Assembly (NCBI GenBank): GCA_040386535.1
Contig: JAZKFH010000046.1
Location: 17,785-81,784, forward strand
Length of the DNA: 64,000 bases
Direction of reading: 5' to 3'
DNA from: Myxococcota bacterium
GTDB taxonomy: Bacteria; Myxococcota_A; UBA796; SXON01
Each line of letters starts with the position of its first letter. Positions within the stretch are counted from its first letter, which is position 1. The position numbers were made by a program, and so were the translations under genes. Shown here piece by piece: positions 43,723-53,800 of this stretch. The notes beneath the pieces were generated by a model. The model searched no databases. It was not told the DNA's origin and saw only the letters and a program-made list of their open reading frames with translations.

Positions 43723-45672
43723 ATGCCCGTCGCCTTCGTCATCGGCGCCCCCCGCAGCGGCACCACCCTCCTCCGCGTCATGCTCGCGGGGCACCCCCAG
43801 CTGTTCTCGCCGCCCGAGATGGTCATCGCGCCGTTCGCGACGATGCAGGAGCGCAAGGCGCGCCTCGCCGAGCGGTTCTGGGAGAAGGGCGGCCTGCGCC
43901 GCGCGCTCATGGAGCTCGACGGGCTCGATGTCGAGGCCGCGAAGGTGCGCGAGGCGACGTTCGACGACAAGACGGTGCCCGAGGTCTACCAGTACCTGTT
44001 CGACCGCCTTCACAATGACGACGGCAGCGAGCGCATCCTGGTCGACAAGTGCCCGCACCTCGTCGCGACGCCCGAAGCGCTCACGCGCCTGGCCAAGTGG
44101 TACCCGGACGCGCGCTGGATCTGGATCATCCGCCACCCGGGCAGCGTGACCCGCAGCGTCGAGAACATGCCGATGGCCGAGGTCATGCTCCAGGGCTACG
44201 CGCCCGAGGCGCGCGACATCTGGCACCACGCCAACCGCAACCTGCAGCGCTTCCTGGCGGGGGTGGCGGACGACCGCAAGGTGCTGGTCCGCTACGAGGA
44301 GCTCGTGGCCGACGCGCGGCCGGTGCTCGAGCGCGTGTGCGCCACGCTCGGCGTGCCCTTCCACGAGGCGGTGCTCGATCCGTACGAGGGCGACCGCATG
44401 CGCGAGGGGCCCCCGGGCGCGCGCGCCGTGGGCGATCCCAACATGGCCGGGCGCGGCAAGATCGATCCGACGCTCGCGACGAAGTGGCTCGGCGGCTTCG
44501 ACCCCGCCAGCGTCAGCCCCGAGACCCACACGCTCGCCCGCGACCTCGGCTACGACCTCGGCGCCCTGCCGCCGCCGCCGATCGCCCAGGCCACGATGGC
44601 GATGAACGCGCTGTTCGACACGGCCCGCGAGCTCGAGGCGAAGATCAAGGTGCCCGCCGACCTCGACGCGGTCGAGGGCCGCCGCTTCCTCCTGCGCATG
44701 GTGGCCGCGAGCATCGATCTCTTCGTGGAGGAGGGCGATGTCGAGGCGCCGCACTTCCACCACTCGGAGGGGCCCACGCGCAAGGTGTTCGCCGACAACC
44801 CCGACGCCGACTACCTCCGCGCGCCCATCCGCCTCGGGCGCGATTCGTCGGGAGCCGCGCGCGTGTACCGGGTGTGGGGCACGGTGCCGCCGGGCACGCA
44901 ATATGTCGGCATGCTGCTGTACAAGCGCGGCGGGATGGTCGGCAATCGGCTCCAGGACTTCGCGTTCGTGCAGCCGGGTGGCACGTTCGACGTGCGCATC
45001 TCCTCGGACGACGCCCCCGAGGGCGAGGCGGGGGTCTGGCTCAAGGGCGACGGCGACGAGACCGCCGTCATGATCCGCCAGTACTACACCGACCGCGCCA
45101 CCCAGCCGCCCGTGACGTTGCACGTGGAACGTTTGGGTGCCGCCGCACCTGGGCCCTTGACGGCGCAAGAGCTCGCCAAGGGCCTCGAGCGCGCCCGTCG
45201 CAACCTCACGACCGTTTTCGAGCGCACGCTCCAGGGCTACACGTTCGCGTCGCAGATGGCGCTGAACCGCTTCGTCGCGCTCGACGGCGAGCAGTTCTTC
45301 CCCACGCCCGACAACAAGTACCTGTTGTGCTGGTACCGCTTCGGCGAGGACCAGGTCATGTTCGTGCGCGGCCGCCTGCCGAAGGCGCGATACTTCAGCT
45401 TCACGCTGTACAACGCGTGGATGGAGAGCCTGGACTACACCCGCCCGGCGCTGGGGCGGGTCTCGCTCAACCACGCGCAGATCGAGACGGACGAGCACGG
45501 GAACTTCGAGCTCTGCCTCGCCCACGAGAACCCCGGCCACCCCAACTGGATCGCCACCACGGGCCACGCCGCCGGCTACCTGCTCGCGCGGTCGCTGCTG
45601 CCCGAGGAGGCCCTCCCGGTGCCGACGATCGAGGTGCGGTACCTGCGGGAGTGGAAGGGGTCGCGGTCGTAG
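43723..45672 (+). CDS. Sulfotransferase fused to DUF1214-like domain
   Basis: PAPS-loop IGAPRSGTTLL, DKCP, IRHP, VRYEEL; C-terminal half has DNPDADY, N.WMESLDY, DPGHPNWI-like ENPGHPNWI..GH..G. Confidence 0.85.
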   Translation: MPVAFVIGAPRSGTTLLRVMLAGHPQLFSPPEMVIAPFATMQERKARLAERFWEKGGLRRALMELDGLDVEAAKVREATFDDKTVPEVYQYLFDRLHNDDGSERILVDKCPHLVATPEALTRLAKWYPDARWIWIIRHPGSVTRSVENMPMAEVMLQGYAPEARDIWHHANRNLQRFLAGVADDRKVLVRYEELVADARPVLERVCATLGVPFHEAVLDPYEGDRMREGPPGARAVGDPNMAGRGKIDPTLATKWLGGFDPASVSPETHTLARDLGYDLGALPPPPIAQATMAMNALFDTARELEAKIKVPADLDAVEGRRFLLRMVAASIDLFVEEGDVEAPHFHHSEGPTRKVFADNPDADYLRAPIRLGRDSSGAARVYRVWGTVPPGTQYVGMLLYKRGGMVGNRLQDFAFVQPGGTFDVRISSDDAPEGEAGVWLKGDGDETAVMIRQYYTDRATQPPVTLHVERLGAAAPGPLTAQELAKGLERARRNLTTVFERTLQGYTFASQMALNRFVALDGEQFFPTPDNKYLLCWYRFGEDQVMFVRGRLPKARYFSFTLYNAWMESLDYTRPALGRVSLNHAQIETDEHGNFELCLAHENPGHPNWIATTGHAAGYLLARSLLPEEALPVPTIEVRYLREWKGSRS

Positions 45673-45697
45673 GGCTGCGTCGTGACCGAGGGCGTTC

Positions 45698-45831
45698 GGG
45701 CGCCCCCGCGCGGACACGGGCGGTCTCCCTCCGGGGTCGGCCTGCGGCCTCCGTTGGTGCGGCGGCGCGGGTCTCGCGCCGGGCACCGAACCGCGCGGCG
45801 CAGCCGCGCGCCCTGCGGTCCACCTGGCGCG
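45698..45831 (-). repeat. Structured dispersed repeat family I, diverged copy G
   Basis: Minus strand reads CAGGG-hairpin-GTTCGGTGC..GCACCAAC-GGCC GCA GGCC-GACCCCGGA-TCCG hairpin-GGCGCCC. Confidence 0.55.
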
Positions 45832-45978
45832 GGCGCTTTGTGGGCCTCGGCGGGGGTGTGGGGCGGGGCTGGCTGAGGGGCGCTCGGAGAGGGCGCTTGG
45901 AGAGGGCGCGTGACCGGCCTCGCGGCCTCGCCCGCGGGTCCGACTTCGCGTGCGCCCCGGCGCAAGCTACGTTCGGGC

Positions 45979-46167
45979 ATGCGCGACCTGCTCGACCGCC
46001 TCGGATGCGTCATCCAGCTGGGCGTGGGCGTGGGTGCGTTCGCCCTACTGGTGACGTGCACGGCGTTGCCGCTCTGGGCCTCGGTGGGCATTGCCGGCGT
46101 GGCGAGCTTCGTTGGGACGTGGCTCCTGGTCGCCGTAGTCGGGGGCGTGCTCGACGCGCTGGGGTAG
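45979..46167 (+). CDS. Small (62 aa) two-TM membrane protein
   Basis: MRDLLDRLGC followed by two hydrophobic segments; TACGTT lies 5 nt upstream of the ATG. Confidence 0.5.
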   Translation: MRDLLDRLGCVIQLGVGVGAFALLVTCTALPLWASVGIAGVASFVGTWLLVAVVGGVLDALG

Positions 46168-46302
46168 GGGCGCGTCCGCGAAAGGTCGAGAGCCCGTTCG
46201 AAGCCCCTCGGGCGCGCGTGCAGATAGCGGGCCGTCGCTCCCGAGGTCCCGCGCCGACGCCCCGATCGCGGGCCGCCGTGAGGGCCCGAGCGCAGGGGCA
46301 TA

Positions 46303-46509
46303 GGTCATGTCCCCATGAATGCACGTGGCACGGAGTCATACCGGGTTGAATGCTCGGATCCAGGCTGCGACGGCCCGCGGGCTTCGGAAAAACGCCCTTG
46401 GTTCCGTGGGGGCAGCCGTAGACAGCCCCTGCTCGAGGTGCATCAACTTGATTTAGCGGCGTTCATGGTGGCATGACTCCGATTTAGCGGCGTTGAGCGG
46501 GGCATGACC
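46303..46509. mobile_element. MITE-like element, copy 2
   Basis: Same ends as 42850-43035; GATTTAGCGGCGTT repeated at 46450 and 46481 (31-bp period). Confidence 0.55.
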
Positions 46510-46597
46510 CCGCCCTCGATGCGCGCCCATCCCTCGGCTTTGGACGGACCACCTTCCGGAGTTCGAGGTCCATACCCGCGCACGCGAGAGTACAGGC

Positions 46598-47314
46598 CTA
46601 CGGCGCCGGCACCCGGAACGTTCCCGACGCCGCCTCCAAGTACAAGCCCTCGAGGATCTCGACCGTGACCTCGACCGCGCGGGTGCCCGCGCCGGGCGCG
46701 GGGACGGTCCAGGTGTGGCCGTCGGCGGTCGTCTCCCAGACCTTCGTGCCGTCCACGAGCCGCACGTCGAACATCGCTTGCGCCAGGTGCCCGTGACGGT
46801 CGGTGAGCCAGAGCGTGTGGGCGTCGTCGACCGCGAGGTACTCGACGGTGAGGTCGCCGACGGCATGAAGGACGCCGCCGTGACGAACGGGCGCGTCGTG
46901 GATGCGCCGGCCGACCGGAACGCGGACCGAGGCGTGGCCGCCTCCCTTCATGCCCGGGTGCATGTTCATGCGGACGTAGACGTCCACGGTCGTCCAGGGC
47001 ATCAGCTGGCCACGGACGAAGCCCCGGTGCCCCTCGATCACCATCGGGCCCGGCGTGAGCGAGGTGGTGTCGGCGCGCCCGGGGTGGCTCTCCACCCGGG
47101 TGTGCACGGACGGGACGGGGAGGGTGGCGCGGATATCGGCGGGCACGAGATCCTCGTCGTACAGGTAGACGGTGACGCCCCTCACGCTCGCGAGCACCTC
47201 GACGTGCGCGCCGTCCACCGAGCGGATGACACCCCCGTGCGTCCGCGCGTCGCGCCCGGCGTCGGTCGCCCCCGCGGTCAGGTGGGCCGCGCCGCAGCCG
47301 AGGAGCAGGAGCAT
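46598..47314 (-). CDS. Lipoprotein with duplicated HGG motif domain (putative metal-binding)
   Basis: MLLLLGC; HGGVIRSVDGAHVEV and HGGVLHAVGDLTVEY; MNMHPGM. Confidence 0.6.
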   Translation of the reverse strand: MLLLLGCGAAHLTAGATDAGRDARTHGGVIRSVDGAHVEVLASVRGVTVYLYDEDLVPADIRATLPVPSVHTRVESHPGRADTTSLTPGPMVIEGHRGFVRGQLMPWTTVDVYVRMNMHPGMKGGGHASVRVPVGRRIHDAPVRHGGVLHAVGDLTVEYLAVDDAHTLWLTDRHGHLAQAMFDVRLVDGTKVWETTADGHTWTVPAPGAGTRAVEVTVEILEGLYLEAASGTFRVPAP

Positions 47315-47400
47315 CCCGCCTTCTACGCCCCGGTCTCGGTCCCGTCCAACCGCGCCGAAGCCCCCGGTGCCTACCGTCTTGGCATACCCAGGAGGGGCCG

Positions 47401-48048
47401 CTGACCACCATCCCGAAGTACCGTCGCCTCGACAAGGCCGATGCTGCCGTGCTGTTCGTCGACCACCAGTCCGGGCTGATGAACCTCGTGCGCGACTTCA
47501 CTCCCGACACGTTCAAGAACAACGTGCTCGCCCTCGCCGACGTGGCGAAGACGTTCGCGCTCCCGACGATCCTCACCACCAGCTACGAGGACGGCCCCAA
47601 CGGCCCGATGATGCCCGAGCTGATGGAGCGCTTCCCCGACGCGCCGTTCGTCCCGCGCCCCGGTCAGATCAACGCCTGGGACAACGCCGACTTCGTGAAG
47701 GCCGTGCACGACACCGGGCGCCGGCAACTTGTCCTCGCGGGCGTCGTGACCGACGTGTGTGTGGCGTTTCCCGCCCTCTCGGCGATCGAGGCCGGGTACG
47801 AGGTGTACGCGGTGGTCGACGCCTCGGGCACGTTCGACGATGTCGTCCAGAAGGCCGCGTGGGCGCGCATGGCGGCGGCCGGCGTGCAACTCGTGAACTG
47901 GTTCGCCGTCGCGTGCGAGCTCCAACGCGACTGGCGAGACGACGGGCGCGGGCTCGCGAAGCTCCTGTCCGACCACCTCCCGGCCTACCGGAACCTGGTC
48001 ACGAGCCAGGGCGCGAAGCGGCCGAAGAAGCAGCTCGAACCGGCGTAG
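47401..48048 (+). CDS. ycaC: Isochorismatase-family hydrolase (YcaC-like)
   Basis: YRRLDKADAAVLFVDHQ, GPNGP, RPGQINAWDN, GVVTDVCVAFPALSA, ELQRDWR. CTG start follows GGAGG. Confidence 0.9.
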   Translation: MTTIPKYRRLDKADAAVLFVDHQSGLMNLVRDFTPDTFKNNVLALADVAKTFALPTILTTSYEDGPNGPMMPELMERFPDAPFVPRPGQINAWDNADFVKAVHDTGRRQLVLAGVVTDVCVAFPALSAIEAGYEVYAVVDASGTFDDVVQKAAWARMAAAGVQLVNWFAVACELQRDWRDDGRGLAKLLSDHLPAYRNLVTSQGAKRPKKQLEPA

Positions 48049-48246
48049 TGGCGCCCGAGGCGCCCATGGTTACGACCGCGACGACCGGCCGCGCACCCAA
48101 CGGTAGAGCGTGAGGACGAACAAGGGCGAGCCGGGGTCGAGCACCAGGGGAACCCACGCGGCCGTCGGGCGAAGAAGGAATCGCTGGCAAGGTAGGGGCC
48201 GCCTATCCCCCGAATCGACTAAGGCGAACGGGTGCGGGAGTCCTCG

Positions 48247-48909
48247 ATGTGGAAGCGGATCGGGATCGGAGTCGTGGGGGTGGTCGTCGTCGGCGTGGCG
48301 GTGGTGCTCGGCTACGGCGCCACGCAGCCGTCCACGTGGCATGTCGAGCGGTCGGCCACGATCGACGCCGCGCCCGGAGACATCCAGCCGCTGCTGGAGG
48401 ACCTGGAGACCTGGCCGAGCTGGGCCGCGGGGCCCGACGCGGACGCCGCGGGCATGACCTTCACCTACGGCCCGATCCGCCGGGGCGTGGGCGCCACCTA
48501 CTCGTGGCAGGGGCCGGGCAGCTTCGGCACCGCCACGATCACCAGCAGCGACGCGAGCGGCGTGACGTACGACATGCTCATGGAGTCGAGCGAGACGCCC
48601 GCCCACGGCAGCTTGCGCCTCACCCCCGACGGCGACCGGACGCGCGTGACCTGGGTGGACGAGGGCGACTTCGGCATGTGGCCCCTCGGCGGCCTCATGG
48701 TCCCGATGATGGAGGGCGCGCTCGGCCCCCACTTCGAGGGCGGCCTGGCGCGGCTCGGGCCCCTGGCGCAGGCACGGGCGACACAGCGGGTGGCCATGGA
48801 GGCGGCGGCCGCCGAGGCCACGGCAAAGGCGGCGGCGGCGTTGGAGGCCGCGGCGAACGCTGGCGCGGACGCGACGTTGCCGGGCTCTGCGGTCGGAAAC
48901 GGCGAGTAG
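48247..48909 (+). CDS. SRPBCC (polyketide cyclase-like) family protein
   Basis: N-terminal TM; VERSATIDA, W..W, GVGATYSW.G, TRVTW, FEGGLARL. Confidence 0.85.
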   Translation: MWKRIGIGVVGVVVVGVAVVLGYGATQPSTWHVERSATIDAAPGDIQPLLEDLETWPSWAAGPDADAAGMTFTYGPIRRGVGATYSWQGPGSFGTATITSSDASGVTYDMLMESSETPAHGSLRLTPDGDRTRVTWVDEGDFGMWPLGGLMVPMMEGALGPHFEGGLARLGPLAQARATQRVAMEAAAAEATAKAAAALEAAANAGADATLPGSAVGNGE

Positions 48910-48949
48910 GGGCCAACCTCCACGCCCGGCCGCTCGTCGATCCCGGGAC

Positions 48950-49103
48950 GGCGCCCCCGCGCGGACGCGGGCCAGGTCGGCTCCGGGCACGCGGCGGAGC
49001 CGCGCGGTCGGCCGGGCGGTCGGCACTGGCCCAGAGGAAGGAGCACCGACGCGCCCGGCCGGACCAGCCGCCGGAGGCGGCTGCCCTCCGCGCCCTTGGC
49101 GCG
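48950..49103 (-). repeat. Structured dispersed repeat family I, copy E
   Basis: Minus strand reads CGCGCC AAG GGCGCG GAGGGC AGCCGCC TCC GGCGGCT GGTCCGGCCGGGCG..CGCCCGGCCGACCG..GCGGC TCC GCCGC GTGCCCGGA. Confidence 0.8.
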
Positions 49104-49222
49104 GGCCTCGGTTTGCACCGGGACCCTCTTTGCCTGACGAGCAGGTCCACGCTCGGCGGCGGCCCCGGCCACGGAGGCACGCCCTCCCGTGTTGGGCAAC
49201 CGCGCCGCCGCGTCATCTCTGG

Positions 49223-49322
49223 CTCGACTCCGGTCCGCCTGGGAGGACCGGGGTCGGCCGATGACCGAGCATCTCTCGACTCCGGTCCACGGCGCGGGAT
49301 TGGGGACTGAAGTGGATCACAC
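49223..49322 (+). repeat. Hairpin repeat family III (52-bp period) with flanking 18-bp motif
   Basis: CTCGACTCCGGTCC GCCTGGGA GGACCGGGGTCG GCCGATGACCGAGCATCT; the same unit recurs at 63946-64000. Confidence 0.7.
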
Positions 49323-49644
49323 CCCTCCCCGTGGCCGCCCCGCGGCGACGGGGGACCCCTGTCGAACAGGGTCTCGGCTCCTGACGAGCAAGCAAGCTCA
49401 CAGTTCTCGACACCCGGCGCGGGTAGACGTCCCCACCTGCGCCGACGCAGGACGGACGTCCTCCCTCGCGGTCGCGGCGCCGCGAGTCCGTGTGCCGGCT
49501 TCAGGGCGAGGTCGTACCACCGCATCGGCCCCGGTCGACCCCGACGACTTCGTCGGGAATACGACCGGGAGGTCCAGCTCGGCGCTCAGCCGCGGAGCGC
49601 CCGCCTGCGCCGCCCTGAGACGCGTCATCCCGCTCGTCGCGCGC

Positions 49645-49790
49645 GGCTCCCCGCGGCAGGGAGGCCAGAAGGCGGCCCGCGCTCGGGCGGGCCGGTCCGG
49701 CGGGGCGCGCCGCGCGCCGCGCCGACCGAGCGCAAAGCGCGAGCCTGGCGGACGCGCGCCCCCGCCCGTCCGCGGGCGGGGGGCCGCCCC
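49645..49790 (+). repeat. Structured dispersed repeat family I, copy D
   Basis: AGAAGGC...GGTCCGGC..GCCGACCG-A-GCGC AAA GCGC-GAGCCTGG...TCCG-loop hairpin. Confidence 0.7.
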
Positions 49791-49817
49791 CAGCTTCACC
49801 CCAGCCTCACCACACTC

Positions 49818-50867
49818 TCAGCCCGCGGTGGGCTCCGCGAGCGCCACCTTCAACCGCGACAGATCCTCGTCGTACACATCGCGCAGCTTGCCCTCGGCGG
49901 CGTCCCGCGCGGCGGTGAGCGCGTCGTGGAGCTGATCGCAGAGCGCGGGGGAGGCGCCTTCCCACGCGCCGAGGATCTCGACGGCCTCGCCGAGCAGATC
50001 GGGCTCCTGGGGGTAGCCCGCCGCGGTCGCGACGAGGCCTTCGATTGCGGCGCCCGGACGGCCGAGCACTTCGAGGGTGCGGGCCTCGGCGAGCGTGGCG
50101 GCCACGAAGCCCTCGTGGCCGGCGGGGAGCTGGTCACGCACGTCGCGCAGGACGGCGAGGCCGCGCTCGAGCAGCTCGTGGGGCAGATCGGCGGACTCGT
50201 CGAGCAGGGTGACGAGCTCCTGGGCGTAGTGCTCGCCGCGGCCGTCGGCGCGCTCCAGGCGGGCCAGGCCACCGGCCTCGCGGGCCAGGTCCCAGAGGGC
50301 GCACAAGGTGCCGAGGGCCTCCTCGCGCAGGCCGTCTTCGAGCTGGTCGAACGCGGCGCGCAACAGGTCGTGGAGCGACTCGTCGGAGACGACGTGCGGG
50401 GTCCAGCGCTCCCAGAGGGCGACGGCGGCCTCGCCCACGAAGTCGCGGTCGTGGGGGCTGGCGGAGTCGAGCATCATCGGCTTCCACACCTCGATCGCGA
50501 GGTCACGGGCGCCCTCGCCGGCCTCGGCCAGCGCGACGAACGTGGACTCGTCGGTGACGACGCCGCGGGTGGCGAGCTCGGCGAGGATCTGCTCGGTGGT
50601 GAGCGCGCGCACGCGGCCCGGGAGCCAGGTGTTCTTGGCGTCGGCGCGGCGACCGTGGGTGGCGACGAGCTCGGCGAGGTGCGCGGCGTCGTGGGAGCCC
50701 ACGTCGAGGCGGTGGGCCAGGCCCTCGATGCCTTCGAGGCCGGGCTTCCAGTCGTCGACGGGATCCCGCTTGACCGCGCGCGGCGGCCGGGCGTCGAGCT
50801 TCTTCTTGCGCTTCTTCTCTTTTTCGTGCTTCTTCGAGGCGCGCTGGGCCGAGCTCTTCTTCGCCAT
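49818..50867 (-). CDS. Hypothetical helical protein with Lys-rich N-terminus
   Basis: MAKKSSAQRASKKHEKEKKRKKK; starts 27 nt after the helicase stop; codon usage typical. Confidence 0.7.
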   Translation of the reverse strand: MAKKSSAQRASKKHEKEKKRKKKLDARPPRAVKRDPVDDWKPGLEGIEGLAHRLDVGSHDAAHLAELVATHGRRADAKNTWLPGRVRALTTEQILAELATRGVVTDESTFVALAEAGEGARDLAIEVWKPMMLDSASPHDRDFVGEAAVALWERWTPHVVSDESLHDLLRAAFDQLEDGLREEALGTLCALWDLAREAGGLARLERADGRGEHYAQELVTLLDESADLPHELLERGLAVLRDVRDQLPAGHEGFVAATLAEARTLEVLGRPGAAIEGLVATAAGYPQEPDLLGEAVEILGAWEGASPALCDQLHDALTAARDAAEGKLRDVYDEDLSRLKVALAEPTAG

Positions 50868-50893
50868 GGTGGACTTCCCTGTTGGCGGCCGGT

Positions 50894-53800
50894 CTACCCC
50901 GTCCACACCACGCGCGCCCCGTCCCGACGCGCCCGCGCGCCCTTGATCAGCGTGTCGACGCCCACGCCCACGCGCTCCTCGATCTTGGCGCCCACGCGCG
51001 TGTAGCCGAACAGCCGCGCCACCTCGCGCACGAGCGACGCCGCGTCGATGGAGAGGGCGTGTTCGAGCACCCACGCCACCGCGGCGGCGACCTCCTCGGG
51101 GGGCAGGTGCTCGGCGTCGCGGAGGGTGCCGTCGGCAGCGGGGCCGCGCATGGTGGACCACTTGGTCCAGGCGTCGGCGCTCGGCCACACGAAGTCGCCC
51201 TCCACGTAGAGCTTGCCGGCGGATGCGAGCGACGTGACCTCGACGCGCACGCGATCGCGGGGGCGCGCGGTGAGCCGGGTGACACCCCAGCAGGCCGCCA
51301 CGCGCCGGGCCACCTCGTCGAGCGCCACGGGGGCCTCGACGGCGGCGACCTCGAGCACCTTCTCGCGGATGCGCGGGCGCGCCGCGGCGAGCTCGAACTC
51401 CTCGGGGGTGCCGACCACGCCGAGCTCGGCGTAGCAGTAGGGCTCGGTCGGGCCGGCGGGCTCCGCGTCGGGATCGCCGCCGAGCTCGCTCAGGGGCACC
51501 TCGGCGGTGGGGCCGTCACCGGTCTCCTCCTCCTCGGCGGGCCTCGCGGGCGGCGCCGGCTTCTTGACGGGCGCGCCCACGTCGACCGGGGCGCGGATCG
51601 CGGCGTCCACGGCCGCCACGAGCTTGGCGGTCTCCTTCGCGCGGTCGAACCCCCAGTCGGACGACCACACACGGTGCAGGCGCCAGCCGAGGCCCACGAG
51701 CACCTCGGACCGCAGCCGATCGCGGTCGCGCGCGGTGGGCGCGCCGTTGTAGGCGACGCCGTCACACTCCACGCCGATCGCGTAGACGCCGGGCCGATCG
51801 GGGTGCGCCACCGCGAGGTCGACGCGGTAGCCGCCGCAGCCCACCTGGCAGTCCACCGTGAACCCGCGCGCCACGAGCGCGTCGTACACGGCGTGTTCGA
51901 GCGGCGTGGAGAACTCGGCGCGGCGCGGCACGGCCCCGGCGACCCCGCCGTGGTGGGCCACGTAGTGCAGGAACGCCTTGAGATGGCGCGCGCCCACGGC
52001 CGTCGTCTTGGCGAGATCGATCTGGTCGGCGGTGAGCGTGGAGAACACGCGCAGGGAGCGGCGCGCCCGGGTCACCGCGACGTTCAGCCGGCGCTCGCCG
52101 CCGGTGCGGTTGAGGGGGCCGAAGTTCATCCACACGCGGCCGGCCTCGTCGGGGCCGTAACAGATGGAGAAGAGGATGACGTCGCGCTCGTCGCCCTGCA
52201 CGTTCTCCAGGTTCTTGACGAACACGGGCTCGAGCGCGCTGTCGGCGAAGTGCGGCTCGATCGCCGGGTTGGCGGCGCGGGCGGCGTCGAGCAGGTCCTG
52301 GATGAGCGTCTGCTGGGGCACGCTGAAGGTGACGACGCCGAAGCTCCGGGCGCCCGGCGCGGTCTTAACGAGCTCCGCCACGAGCCACGCCACGAGCGCG
52401 CGGGCCTCGGCGGGGTTGGTGCGCGTCTTGCCCTTCTCGTAGACGCCGTCGGGCACGTGGGTCCACGACACGCCGAGGCCCTCGACGCGGCCTTGCGCGG
52501 CGGGGAACACGTTCAGGCGGCCCTCGTAGTAGTGCTGGTTGGAGAAATCGATGAGCGCCTCGTGGCGGCTGCGGTAGTGCCACCCGAGCATCTGTTGCGG
52601 CAGGCGCGCGGCCAGGGCCTCCTCGAGGATGCTCTCGAGCTCGACCACGTCGTTCTCGTCGGGGAGCGGCTCCTCATCGCCGGTGCCCTTGCTGAAGAAC
52701 GTGGTGGGCGGCAGCTGGCGCGAGTCGCCGACGATCACCACCTGCTTGCCGCGCGCGATGGCGCCGATCGCGTCGTGGGTGCTGATCTGCGAGGCCTCGT
52801 CGAACACCACGAGATCGAAGCGGCGGCCCGTGGCGGGCAGGTACTGGGCGATGGAGAGCGGGCTCATCAGCAGGCAGGGCTTCAGGCGCGCGAGCAGCTC
52901 GGGGATGCCCGCGAGCAGCTTGCGGACGGGCATGTGGGAGCGCTGCTTGCGCGTCTCGCGGGCGAGGATGCCGGTCTCGGAGGACTCGGCGGCAGGGCGC
53001 CCGGCGGCGGGGCGGCGCGCGTCCAGCCGCGCGAGGACGCGGGTGCGCGACAGGTCGACGTGGGCGCGGTCGAGCGTGCGGAAGCGGGTCACGCGGCGGT
53101 CCTGCTCGGCGCCGTCGAAGTCGCGGAGCGCGGGCTCGGCGTCGCGCACGGCGGCCACCCAGCGGGTGAGGACCGCACGCTCGGCGGCGTCGGAGAGGGC
53201 CGCGGCGCGCACGCGGGCGGCGCGGTGCGCGGTTACGACGGGGGCGAGGCCGACCGCGTCGACGGCGGCGCACGCCTTGTTGTAGAGGCACCATGCGCGG
53301 AAGCGCAGCATGCCGGACTCCCACTCCGCGAGCGAGGCGCCCACGGTCGACCACCACGTCGGGTCGGTGGGCGCGGGAAGCGGCGCGGCGAGGGCGCGCT
53401 CGACCTTGCCGAGGGCGGGAAAGAGCGTCACGAGCGCCGCACGCAACACGACGGCGCGGGCGGCGAGATCGGGGCGCCGCGGATTGGCGGAGTCGTCCAA
53501 CCAGCGGCCGGGGACCACGCCGCCGCCTGCCCGCCACCGCGCGACCGCGCCGCGGAGCGTCTCGACGCGGGTGAGCACGTCGTTGAGGGCGCCGAAAGAC
53601 TCCGCCCCGGCCGCCGGCGCCCAGCTCCCCGCGAACGTCGCGACCACCCACGCACGCTCCGCCTCCAGGCCGGCCGCCGCCTCGCGCGTCGCGAGGGCCA
53701 CGCCCAGATCGTCCACGATGCGCGCATTGTCGGGTAGCTCGCCCTTCGCGGCCGCGCGGAGCGCCCGCCGCGGCATGAACAGGAAGACGAACGCGAACAG

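Noticed and set aside
49380..49405. Hammerhead ribozyme (CTGACGAG core)
   Set aside because: The required GAAA after stem II is absent here and at 49133.
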